Below the pieces are notes generated by a model that saw nothing but the letters and a program-made list of their open reading frames with translations, did not search any database and was not told the origin of the DNA. A stretch of DNA of 64,000 nucleotides from an uncultured archaeon (GTDB lineage: Archaea > Asgardarchaeota > Lokiarchaeia > Sigyniarchaeales > SOKP01), in contig CAZALK010000011.1 in the NCBI GenBank assembly GCA_964486045.1, positions 64,001 to 128,000 of the forward strand. The letters run 5' to 3'. Positions within the stretch are counted from its first letter, which is position 1. Each line of letters opens with the position of its first letter. The position numbers and the translations under genes are program-made. Shown here piece by piece: positions 40,797 to 51,621 of the stretch.

Positions 40797-41720
40797 TTAT
40801 TGATCTTTATAAACTGGTGAACCGGCTTTCATATACCTATTCATATGGCGCATTGACGCAACTAATTTCCCTGTTTCCTTTTCTTCTAAGCTGGAATCGA
40901 GCCAATAATACTCAGTTTTACGGGAAACACCCGCACAAGCGATCTTACCCTTTGCAATATAAGGCACATCAACAAGTATTGGTCCATTTATATATCGTAC
41001 TTCGGTAGCACCAAAAAAAGGAACACCTTTATCCCATGTCTTATTATATGCTGTTAAACCCATTGTCATTACACCAAACGACGCAGTTGGAGATAGAATA
41101 GAATTCCCCCATGGAGATCCTCCCTTGTAATATTCAAGTCTATCGGTGATACCTGGTAATCCCTTAATAGCAGCATCCTGAGTGACTAAAACCTCTTTTG
41201 GACCAAATTCATCCCCTACATTATAACCCTCTAAAATACGCAATTCTTCTGGTTTACTGTTTTTTAGCTCAATTGATTGTAAATACGAAGGTTCTTTTGG
41301 ATTCCCTATAGATACCGTTCCTGTCATGATTTGTTGACCGCTTTTTAGTTCCCCCCAGGCTTTAAATTGAACATTATCTGCTGTAATGGGTAAGGAATCT
41401 TCTGTGGTACCTTCGGGTAATTCAAAAATTGCTCTAACCTCCTCCTTATCGATAGTTGCATAAGTATAATACATACTCACAGCCCCTTTCTCAAACCATC
41501 TATCACCAAATATTTTCTGCGCTATCGGTGCAAATAAACTTAAATGTATCGTACCAGGGATTGTTCCACCTCGCATTCCAACTTTTTTTGCCACCGAATC
41601 ATCATGAATCGAGGTTGCTAAACCCCTATATAGGTTTTCGGGTGCTCTCCAGCCCCCATAAATTTTTCCATCTTTTATTTCAATATCATCCATTATAATA
41701 CACATCTCCTTTTTTTTCAA
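40797..41720 (-). CDS. Double hotdog-fold protein
   Basis: SIHDD.VA.K.G.RGG.IPG..H MaoC-like motif; next to a MaoC gene. Confidence 0.6.
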   Translation of the reverse strand: MKKKEMCIIMDDIEIKDGKIYGGWRAPENLYRGLATSIHDDSVAKKVGMRGGTIPGTIHLSLFAPIAQKIFGDRWFEKGAVSMYYTYATIDKEEVRAIFELPEGTTEDSLPITADNVQFKAWGELKSGQQIMTGTVSIGNPKEPSYLQSIELKNSKPEELRILEGYNVGDEFGPKEVLVTQDAAIKGLPGITDRLEYYKGGSPWGNSILSPTASFGVMTMGLTAYNKTWDKGVPFFGATEVRYINGPILVDVPYIAKGKIACAGVSRKTEYYWLDSSLEEKETGKLVASMRHMNRYMKAGSPVYKDQ

Positions 41721-41800
41721 AAATTTTAGAAATTCATTCAGTTCTTAATTAATTGCATTTCAATATTAATCTTATATCCATAAAAAAAGTATCTGATAAA

Positions 41801-42634
41801 TTATTCCACAATTGCATAACCATTGCTTATTACAACACTTTTCTCTGTGTGTGCTTGAATGATAAACCTTCCGTTATCTTTCCAACCTTCTGTAGTAATT
41901 GTGTCACCAGGATAAACAGGTAAAGAAAATCTTGCACTAAATTCTTTAAACCGATTCACATCACCTTCACAAGCTCCATACAATACTGCTCGAGCAGCAA
42001 AGCCATATGTACATAACCCATGAAGAATAGGATCATTAAATCTACCACTCAATTTAGCATAACTTGGATCTAAGTGTAAAGGATTGAGATCTCCATTTAA
42101 TCTATATATAGCTGCTTGATTCTCTGTAGTTTTATAAGATATGCTAAAATCAGGCTTAACACCCTCTGGAGGATTCAAAGATTGGGCTTTTGGTCCAGAT
42201 TCTCCACCAAATCCTCCACCATCTAATAAAACATGTACCCATTTTGCATCAAATATGTGTTCTCCTTTCTCATTAAACCCTTGCCTTATTGAATGAATTA
42301 CTGCATTTCTTCCTTTATCATAAATATTAGTTATTGTTCCTTTTCTCCTGATTTTTCCTTGCGGTGGAAAGGGACGATAAAGCTTTATACATTGCTCTCC
42401 ATGAATAAATTTCGCCCATTCAACGTTTCCAAGCTTTTCAAAGGGCGCAGCACCATCACCAGCAATAACTGCATAGCTTGGAAATACCTTTACTCCTCCT
42501 TGTGTTCTTTCATAAAGAAATGGTAATTCATTAGTTTGAGCGCCAATTCCTAATGCATAGAGCACTACATCTTTCCACTTATATTCAAATATGCTTTCCC
42601 GTGTTTGACCTACTGCGTTTATATCTATTGTCAT
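41801..42634 (-). CDS. MaoC/enoyl-CoA hydratase 2 family dehydratase
   Basis: LYALGIG, IHGEQ, YRLNGDLNPLH.DP, PILHGLCT. Confidence 0.92.
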   Translation of the reverse strand: MTIDINAVGQTRESIFEYKWKDVVLYALGIGAQTNELPFLYERTQGGVKVFPSYAVIAGDGAAPFEKLGNVEWAKFIHGEQCIKLYRPFPPQGKIRRKGTITNIYDKGRNAVIHSIRQGFNEKGEHIFDAKWVHVLLDGGGFGGESGPKAQSLNPPEGVKPDFSISYKTTENQAAIYRLNGDLNPLHLDPSYAKLSGRFNDPILHGLCTYGFAARAVLYGACEGDVNRFKEFSARFSLPVYPGDTITTEGWKDNGRFIIQAHTEKSVVISNGYAIVE

Positions 42635-42788
42635 AATTTATCTTTCTTATAAAATAATGTAATAAAAAATGTAATATATTTAAAAAATCTTTTTTATGTG
42701 AAAGTTACCAAAAACTTCCAAATGACAAAAAAAAAAAAGTTATTACTTAAAGGATTAATTAAATACTTAAAAATATTGTTTTAGTTTG

Positions 42789-42834
42789 GAATGGAAAGGC
42801 TAAATTCAGAGTCTGATTTCAAAGAAAATTTAGT
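42789..42834. repeat. Dispersed palindromic repeat, copy 2
   Basis: GAATGGAAAGGCTAAATTCAGAGTCTGATTTCAAAGAAAATTTAGT. Confidence 0.75.
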
Positions 42835-42906
42835 TTTATAAATCTCATAATAAAAAAATATATGACACCTTATTATCCTATTTATAAATACCGAATGAAT
42901 TGGTGA

Positions 42907-43473
42907 ATGATTATTATTTTAAATCGGTTGAAAGTGAGTGGTAGATTCAGAACTAATTGTTATCTTTTTGGGGATGAAATTACAAAAGAAATTGGAATTA
43001 TTGATCCCGGGATTGATTCAAACTATGTTGAAAGCATTATTACTAGAGAAGGCTATAAGCCGGTTTATTTAATAGGTACACATGCACACCATGACCATAT
43101 TCAATGCGCTATTGATATCATGGATTACTATAATATTCCATTCTTGATCAAGAATTTTGGGAGAGGAAAAGTTGAATATTTAAACTATATTAATGAAGAT
43201 GACGTAATAGAAATAGGAGCAGAGCGTCTTCATGTAATTGAGACGCCAGGTCACACCAGAAACGACGTGATGCTGATAGATTATAAAAATAGGCTTATCT
43301 TTACCGGAGATACTCTACTGCGGGGCAGAATCCCAAGGCAGCTTACAAATTATACTAATTTGATGACTAGTATTAGAAAAATATTATATTATCCGAAAAT
43401 TTCGGAAGAGTTCAAAATCTATCCAGGTCATGGGAGTCATTCTACAATAGGTGAAGAAAGGTTGAACTACTAA
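42907..43473 (+). CDS. MBL-fold metallo-hydrolase (glyoxalase II-like)
   Basis: TNCY, IIDPG, THAHHDH, TPGHT, FTGD, YPGHG. Confidence 0.9.
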   Translation: MIIILNRLKVSGRFRTNCYLFGDEITKEIGIIDPGIDSNYVESIITREGYKPVYLIGTHAHHDHIQCAIDIMDYYNIPFLIKNFGRGKVEYLNYINEDDVIEIGAERLHVIETPGHTRNDVMLIDYKNRLIFTGDTLLRGRIPRQLTNYTNLMTSIRKILYYPKISEEFKIYPGHGSHSTIGEERLNY

Positions 43474-43636
43474 GATATTGATATGTTCAAGAAGAAATTA
43501 TATAAAAAAAATCGAATAGAATAATCTTCTAGGTTGAAATATACCAAGTTATCAAACCTATAGGAATCCGAGAGGGAAACAAGATTTGATTTTTAAAACT
43601 TCAAAAACTAATGTTAAATGTTAAAAAACACACGAT

Positions 43637-44389
43637 ATGAAATTATTTATGGTAAAATATAATCATTGTGAGAAGTGTAAAAAGATATATAATACAGAAG
43701 TATGGATAGGTGAGGTACATATATATGACGGGTTTTGTTCTTCATGTATGCCAGTAGAAAAAGAAGAAAACCAAATGAAGCAAGAAAGTGCTAAAGATCA
43801 TATCGTGGCTAAACATGATAGGGAACATATCGAGAGAATAGAGGATTATCATGAAATTGCTCAATCTTCACCTATAGAAATTGAAAGAAATCTACTTCTA
43901 TGTTTGGAACAGAAAGTTAATGACGTTTTATCTAGTAATGGTTCAATAAATGTTCTAATTAAGGAAATCAAAGACGATCTTGTAGATAAAGCAAAGGAAA
44001 GGATTGAAGAAACATTTCAGAGTTTTGACGTGAATAAAATTGATGCTCAAAAAGTTGTTGATTATGCTGATAATATTTTGGCTTATTTAAGTGAATATAA
44101 AGATTATATGGATAACGTAAATATAAAAATTCAGGCTAAGCCTAAAATGAAGGTAAAAACTGCAATAGATAAAGTCTTCAAAGAATCAATGGCAAATTTA
44201 CCGAGACATGTTACAAAGGATATCCTCATTAATGAGAAAGAAATGTTGAAAATTGTTTCCGAAAGAGCATCAAATTTTTATAAAATTTACTCAGGTATGA
44301 AGGAGCCATTTGAAATCACCAAAAAAATGGTTTTACACCCATTTACCGAAATCCAAAAGAATCTCAGAACTCTTCCCTTCTACGACTAA
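43637..44389 (+). CDS. Hypothetical protein with N-terminal zinc finger
   Basis: CEKC...CSSC then helical domain. Confidence 0.65.
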   Translation: MKLFMVKYNHCEKCKKIYNTEVWIGEVHIYDGFCSSCMPVEKEENQMKQESAKDHIVAKHDREHIERIEDYHEIAQSSPIEIERNLLLCLEQKVNDVLSSNGSINVLIKEIKDDLVDKAKERIEETFQSFDVNKIDAQKVVDYADNILAYLSEYKDYMDNVNIKIQAKPKMKVKTAIDKVFKESMANLPRHVTKDILINEKEMLKIVSERASNFYKIYSGMKEPFEITKKMVLHPFTEIQKNLRTLPFYD

Positions 44390-44438
44390 AGAAACTTTAG
44401 ATAAAAGGTTTTAATTTTAAAATCGAATTTCCTGAACC

Positions 44439-44476
44439 TGAAAGGTAAATTCAGAGTCTGATTTCAATGAAGTTTC
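44439..44476. repeat. Dispersed palindromic repeat, copy 3
   Basis: TGAAAGGTAAATTCAGAGTCTGATTTCAATGAAGTTTC. Confidence 0.75.
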
Positions 44477-44530
44477 ATCTTTATGGTTTATCGAAAAAAT
44501 AGATATACAAAGATAAGCTTAAGGATTTAT

Positions 44531-45589
44531 TTAATTTAGTGAGATCATGGTAAATGGATTATGAAGAGGACTTCCCTTAGTAATATGCATTACTTTCTGG
44601 TTCAAGTCCATCAAAATTGTGCATACTGTGCCAACTTTTTCCTTTACTCTACCAGGGATATATTTTCTACATATTGGTAATTCAGAATCAGTATCATCCA
44701 ATAATATACTTTTCATAAGTTCTAATGACTGTGGGTGGGAATTTTTTGCCAAATTGCTTGCAAGTTTGTACCTATTAAATGAGCTAAGCAATAATTCTGG
44801 TTTTGAATTTAGTTTTTCATTCTTCAAAAAATGGTTAGTATGAATAAAATGATTATTTTCAACCTCTAAAAGATAGACTTCACTACCTCCAAATTCAATA
44901 TCCTGGTATTTTCCGTTTTTATCACCCAATAATATATTCCCAGATCGCCCTTTACCCACACTCTTAGCTAAGATTTTAGCTTCTTCAATAGATTTACTAT
45001 CTAGCATGGCACGAAGAATAATATGAATTGGTAACCCGTTTAATTCTTCGTTTACACTAAGGAAATTTAAACAAACTCCCAAACCGGAATTATTAAAACC
45101 AATTTTACCAATCATCCCTGGTTCAGTTACTTGAATTATTTTGTGACCATCTGGTTTGGTCAATCTCATAATAAAGGCTAATTCTTCAAAATCTGCAGCC
45201 CAATCCCAATTTTGACCCAGAACACGTGGATTTTTGAAGTATAATGCAGTACACTCAGTACTCCCATTTTCCATATTCGACATAATTTCACTTCTTGAAT
45301 TAATTGCATAAATCCATAGAGGATCTACATCTGATGCTTCAGCAATAGATTCAATTTCAATTGAATAATCTGAATTATAGGCATGAATTATCTTTTTAAA
45401 ATTTCTAGCTGAATTTAAAATATATTTTCTATTACTCTCCCGACCATCTTCATCTAAATTCTTGGTTACATCACTATAAAATTCAATTACACGGTTTATT
45501 CTTGTTTTCAATAATTTTCCATGCTGTGTCCCTATTTCTTCAGGACTCCCAGTTACATCTATTAGTGGAAATTTTTCTTCCTTATCCAT
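44531..45589 (-). CDS. Peptidase C45 / acyl-CoA:6-APA acyltransferase family (Ntn hydrolase); start likely ATG 45589
   Basis: G..HG..L, N.RSE, ECTA nucleophile, GQNWDW, IGFN..G, HTNHF. Confidence 0.88.
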   Translation of the reverse strand: MDKEEKFPLIDVTGSPEEIGTQHGKLLKTRINRVIEFYSDVTKNLDEDGRESNRKYILNSARNFKKIIHAYNSDYSIEIESIAEASDVDPLWIYAINSRSEIMSNMENGSTECTALYFKNPRVLGQNWDWAADFEELAFIMRLTKPDGHKIIQVTEPGMIGKIGFNNSGLGVCLNFLSVNEELNGLPIHIILRAMLDSKSIEEAKILAKSVGKGRSGNILLGDKNGKYQDIEFGGSEVYLLEVENNHFIHTNHFLKNEKLNSKPELLLSSFNRYKLASNLAKNSHPQSLELMKSILLDDTDSELPICRKYIPGRVKEKVGTVCTILMDLNQKVMHITKGSPLHNPFTMISLN

Positions 45590-45757
45590 TGTATTGATTG
45601 ATAAATTCTTTCTTACCATCTTTGAATAGTGCATTTTATTTAAGAATTTAAGAATTATATCGAAAAAAAGCTGAAAATAAGAAGGAGGAGAGAATGGTAC
45701 AAAATCTCGAAGATAAAATAATATTTGTTCCAATTTTCTGTGAAAATGGATTGGTTA

Positions 45758-45790
45758 GGGAAATTCAGAGTCTGAATTTCATGAGAATTC
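45758..45790. repeat. Dispersed palindromic repeat, copy 4
   Basis: GAAATTCAGA-G-TCTGAATTTC perfect inverted repeat. Confidence 0.7.
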
Positions 45791-45865
45791 CATTGAAAAA
45801 CTAAGGAAAATTAGAAGATTTATTTATATCTTGAATGATAAAATAATTATTTAGTTTTAAAATAA

Positions 45866-48640
45866 ATGATTAAAATGAAAGGGACTAAAAATAATTATCT
45901 CGTTGGTTTAGGTGAGGATACTTCAACAGATCTTGATGTGGTGGGGGGAAAAGGGGCTAGTTTGGGCCGGTTGTTTAAGGCTAATTTCCCTGTCCCGTCT
46001 GGATTTGTTGTTACTACGCGCGCCTATATTGCGTGCCTTCGTGAAAATAATGTTGAGGCACAGATCGAAAAAATGCTAAAGCGGCTTGATTACGGGAATC
46101 TTGATGAGTTAGAAAAGGACACGGCAAAGATAAGGGAGATTATCCTCGATTGTACCTTCTCCGACGGCTTAGCTAATGAGATCGTGGAGGCTTATGGAAA
46201 GCTGGGCGATAAATCCTACGTCGCTGTTCGTTCTTCAAGTATAGCCGAGGATCTAGAGGGTTCTTCCTTCGCTGGACAATACGATACATATCTTGACGTT
46301 AAGGGTAGTAGTGCACTGTTGGATGCAGTGCAACGATGTTGGGCGTCCATGTGGACTGCACGAGTGACGGCATATCGTCAGAACAAGGGCTTCGACTATA
46401 ATGATCTTAGCATCGCCGTTGTAGTCCAATTAATGGTCGAACCAGATGTTGCTGGTGTAATGTTCGTTGGAAACCCCATTAATGCCAGGGCCGATGAGAT
46501 CGTTATCAACGCGAGTTGGGGACTAGGCGAGGTGGTGGTATCGGGCAGCGTCACACCAGATGAGTTTATCGTTGCCCGAGAAACACTTCAGATTAAGCGT
46601 CGCACTCTCGGTTCGAAGGAGTTTCAGGTGATACGGAATAAGGAGACCGGGATTGGTACGGCTGAGGAACCTATACCCGGCAATCTTCAAGATGTGTATA
46701 GTCTTTCGGATGATCAGATACGTAAAATAACAGAGCTGGGCCTAAAGGTCACGAATTATTACGATGGATTACCCCAGGACATTGAGTGGGCGTTGGTGGA
46801 TAGTTCCTTCTTCTTGCTCCAGTCCCGACCCGTGACTGGTGTGGAATTCACCTGGGAAGAAGAACTTGACCTGTGGCCGTCAATCCCGGAAGATAACAAC
46901 ATCATTTGGACCCGATCATGGGCAGACGAAGTGTGGACTGGTGCTATCACACCTTTAATGTGGTCAGTCCGAGGTCGTTGGATGCGTGATGGGGGTTCCG
47001 CTAACTACCGGCACTTCGGTATGGGCAATCTCGCTGAGCTACGAGCGTATAAGTATCATCATGGCACCGTCTATTACAACACAAGAGCGGATGAACTAAT
47101 GGCCGAATATTGTCTTCCCCCTAACCTTAGAGCACACTTTCTCAGTCGTCTTCACCCGTCTCAGCTAGAAAAAGCTATAAATGCACCCTTCGATCTTTGG
47201 CGAACCTTGAAGATGTTCGTTAGGATCGAGGAAACGCAACCTGGGATGGGTATCGGAAATTTTTCTATAGGGAATAAAGTGTTCACACAAAAACCTAAGA
47301 GCGGGAAAAAATACGAATTAAGACGTGCGACGGTAAATGCAGCATTTCCTGATCTTGACCAAATCAAACAGGAGATCCAAGCCCTGAAAGACGAGGAATT
47401 GAGACCACGCGTAATGCAATATAACAATATCTTTGCGAATGGCGTCGCGAGAGGTGCTTGGGGTATCATTCACATCTATGCACCAGTTATTCGTGCCCTT
47501 CTCGATGGTGTATTACGATATTGGTATAATGGTGACAATCCAGACGCCTTTATAGAAATATTAAGTGGAATTCCTGAGCAAACTCAACAGTTTAATGACG
47601 ACTATTCTTTTTGGGAACTTGCAGAAATGATCAGACATTCCAAGAAGCTACGCACGCTGTTCGAGGAATTCAAAGGAGCAGTATTCTTCGAGGAACTCAA
47701 GAATCACGAAGAAGGACGTGCCTTCCTTGCCAAATATGAGGAATTTTTGGAGGTAGCCTTTTACCGGGGTCACGCTGATCGAGATATATACTTTGACCGA
47801 CGTATCGAGGATCCATCTCTCGACTACGAAGCTTTGCGGGTGCTCTTAAAATCGGAAGAGATAGTCTCACCGGATGAAAGGGAGGAAAAATTGAACCAGC
47901 GACGAGAAATCGCAACTGCTGAGGTAATCGAGAATCTCGTCAAGCAACAAATGGGAGATTTAAAAGTAGCCATCTTTAAGTTCTTAGTGAACTATAGTTT
48001 GAAATTCTTCACGGGACGTGATGACTCGCGCCCGATGTCCGATATTGTAACCTTCCAAAAGAAGCTTGTGCTCTGCGAGTATGGTAGCAGAACTGTCTCT
48101 CGAGGTCTGTTAAAGGGAGAGGATGATTTTTATTTCCTTTCGCTGGATGAACTTGACGGATTACTTAAGGGGAACGAGCCACAAGCACTTACCAGGGCAA
48201 AAGTTGCTGCCCGTAGGAAAGCTTTTGACCTTTTCCTTACACATGAAAAGGATCCACCCCTCTTTCTCAAGAATAATATACCTTTGGACGAAGGTGAGGC
48301 AATAGGTGGTGATAATGATGGTATATTGAAAGGTGTTGGGATGAGTCGCGGGTTAGCTACTGGACGAGCCCGAGTTATTCCTACTCTGAAGGACATTGGT
48401 CGTTTGGAGAAAGGTGATATCCTTATCTGTCACGGCACAGATCCGGGATGGACTTCGGCGTTTAGTATTGTTGCTGGTGTAGTTGCGCAAACCGGGGGTA
48501 TGCTCGCTCATTTTTCCTGCCTTTCTCGGGAATATGGTTTACCGGCGGTATCACTTCCAAACGCCTTAAAACTCATCAATGATGGATCTATTATTTCTCT
48601 TGACGGCAACAGTGGTGAAATTCGGTTAATTTCCGAGTAG
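45866..48640 (+). CDS. PEP-utilising enzyme family protein with rifampicin-phosphotransferase-like architecture
   Basis: VGGKGASL, AVRSS..AED...SFAGQYDT, DIEWA, LQSRP; C-terminal His domain TDPGWT...GGMLAH...REYG. Confidence 0.85.
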   Translation: MIKMKGTKNNYLVGLGEDTSTDLDVVGGKGASLGRLFKANFPVPSGFVVTTRAYIACLRENNVEAQIEKMLKRLDYGNLDELEKDTAKIREIILDCTFSDGLANEIVEAYGKLGDKSYVAVRSSSIAEDLEGSSFAGQYDTYLDVKGSSALLDAVQRCWASMWTARVTAYRQNKGFDYNDLSIAVVVQLMVEPDVAGVMFVGNPINARADEIVINASWGLGEVVVSGSVTPDEFIVARETLQIKRRTLGSKEFQVIRNKETGIGTAEEPIPGNLQDVYSLSDDQIRKITELGLKVTNYYDGLPQDIEWALVDSSFFLLQSRPVTGVEFTWEEELDLWPSIPEDNNIIWTRSWADEVWTGAITPLMWSVRGRWMRDGGSANYRHFGMGNLAELRAYKYHHGTVYYNTRADELMAEYCLPPNLRAHFLSRLHPSQLEKAINAPFDLWRTLKMFVRIEETQPGMGIGNFSIGNKVFTQKPKSGKKYELRRATVNAAFPDLDQIKQEIQALKDEELRPRVMQYNNIFANGVARGAWGIIHIYAPVIRALLDGVLRYWYNGDNPDAFIEILSGIPEQTQQFNDDYSFWELAEMIRHSKKLRTLFEEFKGAVFFEELKNHEEGRAFLAKYEEFLEVAFYRGHADRDIYFDRRIEDPSLDYEALRVLLKSEEIVSPDEREEKLNQRREIATAEVIENLVKQQMGDLKVAIFKFLVNYSLKFFTGRDDSRPMSDIVTFQKKLVLCEYGSRTVSRGLLKGEDDFYFLSLDELDGLLKGNEPQALTRAKVAARRKAFDLFLTHEKDPPLFLKNNIPLDEGEAIGGDNDGILKGVGMSRGLATGRARVIPTLKDIGRLEKGDILICHGTDPGWTSAFSIVAGVVAQTGGMLAHFSCLSREYGLPAVSLPNALKLINDGSIISLDGNSGEIRLISE

Positions 48641-48840
48641 GTGATGAATTTGGAAAAATTAATTTAATAAAAGAGAAAATAAATGTGTATTGAATATGGG
48701 TTTAGAGTGCCATTATGAATATTAGCAGGTAGAAATGTATTTATTACAAACGATGGAGGAAAAGAAACTTGACAATTCTTTTGAAATAAATTAATTACAG
48801 ACCAATCAACGACCCATATGCTCATGAATATTGTCAGTTG

Positions 48841-49179
48841 CTAGAATCTCCACCCAGAACAGAACATACATTTCTCTTGCTCTGCGATCCAAGCTTCAAT
48901 TCCGAGTTCTTTCATCCTTTTCATATTTTCTACAGTTTGTTCGTGGTGATCATAGCCATCGGAAGCAAAATCCTCCAGCTTCCGACAAAGAAACTCATCA
49001 CAGTCGATACAATATCGATGACCCTTTTCTCGTGCACAAGGCAATATTACACAATCAATGCTCTCGTGAACCTCAAGCGGACGACTTCCACACTCGATTT
49101 CACATTTCTTGGTGTGATAATCAGGACATTTCGCACAGTTTAATCCACAAATAGATATATCCCATTCTTCAGTTCCCAT
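48841..49179 (-). CDS. DUF3795-family Cys-rich protein
   Basis: CGLNC.KC, C.I..CA..KG..YC.DC.EF.C. Confidence 0.75.
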   Translation of the reverse strand: MGTEEWDISICGLNCAKCPDYHTKKCEIECGSRPLEVHESIDCVILPCAREKGHRYCIDCDEFLCRKLEDFASDGYDHHEQTVENMKRMKELGIEAWIAEQEKCMFCSGWRF

Positions 49180-49269
49180 GAATCCAATTCATTTCGTTTT
49201 GTATTTTTGTATGATTTTAATGATTTTATTAGTTTTCTACTATAATATGATTTTCGATATTAACACCTA

Positions 49270-50079
49270 TTACTCTAAACCTACGACATCTAAAGGTGCG
49301 CGAGGAGGAGTGCGATAATATTTGACTGCAGGGTAACCAATTGTCATTACTCCATTAAGTTGCCCCTCTAATCCGATAACTTTCATCATTTCTTTATTCA
49401 TTCCTAAACCATGAGCATTTCCTATCCAACATGTTGCTAAACCGAGTGTGTGTGCGGCAAGCTGACCATATGTGAGCACAATTCCTGCATCATGTGGGGG
49501 CATCGAAGCCCACTTACTCGTAGCATGAAATATTACTGTTGGAGCACCAAGAAAAATGGGATCACTATCAACTGAACTAAAATATTTCAATGCCGCTTCT
49601 GCAGAAGGCCATCCTAAATAACGATACATTATTTTAATTGATTCCTGACTTAATGTTTTTATTGTTGAAGGGTCAGAAATTACTGAAAATTTCCATGCTC
49701 TCCGATTATCCGCACTTGAAGCATAACGCATAGCTTCAAAAACTTTTTTAAGTAACTCTTGGGGAACATTTTTAATTTTATATTGGCGTATAGATCTCTT
49801 AGCTCTTAATAATTGCATTAATTTTTCATAAGATACATTATATTCGTAGTTTTCTACACCCGGATAAGATTCCACATCATCTTCCCAGTTTCCTTCCCAC
49901 AATATAGCATTCTCTTTACAAATCGCGACACATTTTCCACAAAAATTACATCGCTTCATTTCATCAGCAAGACGAATTATTTTCCCAGAAGAATCTTCCT
50001 TAAAAAGACCTCTAGTGCAATCAGATACGCATCTTTTACAAACAGAGCATTTTTCATAATTTATTCCAACTATAGACAT
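49270..50079 (-). CDS. Nitroreductase family protein with N-terminal ferredoxin domain
   Basis: Two CxxCxxCxxxC; KRSIRQY, ASSADN..W.F, GLATCWIG, IGYP. Confidence 0.9.
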   Translation of the reverse strand: MSIVGINYEKCSVCKRCVSDCTRGLFKEDSSGKIIRLADEMKRCNFCGKCVAICKENAILWEGNWEDDVESYPGVENYEYNVSYEKLMQLLRAKRSIRQYKIKNVPQELLKKVFEAMRYASSADNRRAWKFSVISDPSTIKTLSQESIKIMYRYLGWPSAEAALKYFSSVDSDPIFLGAPTVIFHATSKWASMPPHDAGIVLTYGQLAAHTLGLATCWIGNAHGLGMNKEMMKVIGLEGQLNGVMTIGYPAVKYYRTPPRAPLDVVGLE

Positions 50080-50384
50080 AAGAATTAAGTCGGTTTTAAA
50101 TGATTTAAACTTTTTCTTAAAGTTTTATGACATATTTCGATGGGGAACCTGTAATTTTTTATTGAAACTATTAAAGAATTTAAGCTTTGAAAAAGTGGAT
50201 TTAATTGATTTTAAAATTGAGTCTAGATTAAACTTTTTATTTCCTAAAAGCTATTTATTTTAGGAATTTGAATTAAGGTGTAGAAATTATAATTTATTAA
50301 AGGTAAAAATAAGTATTTAGTATTTTTCGCATATAATAATTTATTTCAAAATCAATTAAATTTTGAGTAAAGAGGCTAAAAATT

Positions 50385-51572
50385 ATGAAAAGTAATAGTA
50401 GATGGCAACTGAAATGCATTTTAGCCCTAATTCTTTTTATTAACTTCACATTCTATTTTTCAAATATATATCTGTATAAAAACGGTGTAGTTTCAGTTAA
50501 ATACCCTAAATCCCAAAATATTTTAGATAATCGCATATTTTCTGAAAGCAGTCCATTTAATATTAAAATTCCTGAAAATGTAGCAATAGATTCTTTTTCA
50601 GAGAGTTATGTGAATGCTATTACTGATTCTTTTACTGATATGCTTGTAGTAGCTTTAGGAAATTGGTCAGTTCCTATATTTTTCGCAGATTCTTCTACAA
50701 CTTCTTATGATGTAAACATAACGGATCCCAATTGGGGGTTTATAATGGATGGTGTGCCAATTCCAGATAATGCAGCTCCAGATCCTGAGGAAGACGGACA
50801 TATGTGTATCATTGATAACTCATCAGGGATCGAATATGACTTTTGGCAAGCGGAAAAACAAGGGAATACGTGGAGTGCCTCTTGGGGAAATAATATCTCT
50901 ATTTATAGTACTGGAACATATCCATGGGGTGCTGGAGCTAGAGCTTCAGGTTTTGCTTTAACTGCTGGTTTAATTCTTCCTAAAGAATTTGAGCAAGGAA
51001 TTATTGACCATGCCTTAGTGTTTTCACTTGATCCATCTCTTGTAAAACAAGGTGGTCCTATACTACCTGCAACCGATAGTGATGGATATTCATCTGATCC
51101 TTTTGCTCTCCCCGAAGGAGCTCGTTTGCAGCTTGATCCTTCAATTAATTTAGATTATCGTAATTTAACGTCCAGTGAAAAAATAATCGCTAAAGTATTG
51201 CAGGAATATGGCATGATCCTTGGAGACATCGGGGGTGGAAGTCCAGAAATCTATGCTGCTAATCCGATCGGGGATACAGGAGGTTGGGAAAATTTCCTAA
51301 GCGTTGATTCAGATGGACTTGTATATTTATTTGAAGATAAAATCTCTATCGCCGAATTTAGAGTTCTAAAAATGAGTCAACAATATCCAAATCCACCAGA
51401 TGATCCCTGGGAAGATGAACCACTCCCTCCTTATGAAATTTATATAACATCACCAGAGTCAATTCCAGGATACAATACATCATTATTTTTTTTATTTCTT
51501 TTACTAGGTATGATAGTTAAAATAAAAAACCCCCGCAATAGAAAAAGTGTGGTTCTTGACGAAATAACTTAG
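50385..51572 (+). CDS. Secreted/surface protein with IPGY + TM C-terminal anchor
   Basis: N-terminal hydrophobic segment; DGHMCIID...EYDFWQA, GARASG, IDHAL, PEGARLQL; ends SIPGY-TM-basic. Confidence 0.7.
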   Translation: MKSNSRWQLKCILALILFINFTFYFSNIYLYKNGVVSVKYPKSQNILDNRIFSESSPFNIKIPENVAIDSFSESYVNAITDSFTDMLVVALGNWSVPIFFADSSTTSYDVNITDPNWGFIMDGVPIPDNAAPDPEEDGHMCIIDNSSGIEYDFWQAEKQGNTWSASWGNNISIYSTGTYPWGAGARASGFALTAGLILPKEFEQGIIDHALVFSLDPSLVKQGGPILPATDSDGYSSDPFALPEGARLQLDPSINLDYRNLTSSEKIIAKVLQEYGMILGDIGGGSPEIYAANPIGDTGGWENFLSVDSDGLVYLFEDKISIAEFRVLKMSQQYPNPPDDPWEDEPLPPYEIYITSPESIPGYNTSLFFLFLLLGMIVKIKNPRNRKSVVLDEIT

Positions 51573-51621
51573 TTTATACTATTTATGAGGTCAAATAAGA
51601 ATTAAAGAAAAGAAGTTAGAA

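Noticed and set aside
40260-45790. CRISPR array
   Set aside because: Repeats are 1.3-2.5 kb apart with whole genes between them; no cas genes
40604-50100. Integrated provirus or ICE at tRNA-Ala
   Set aside because: No integrase, structural genes or duplicated tRNA 3' end seen
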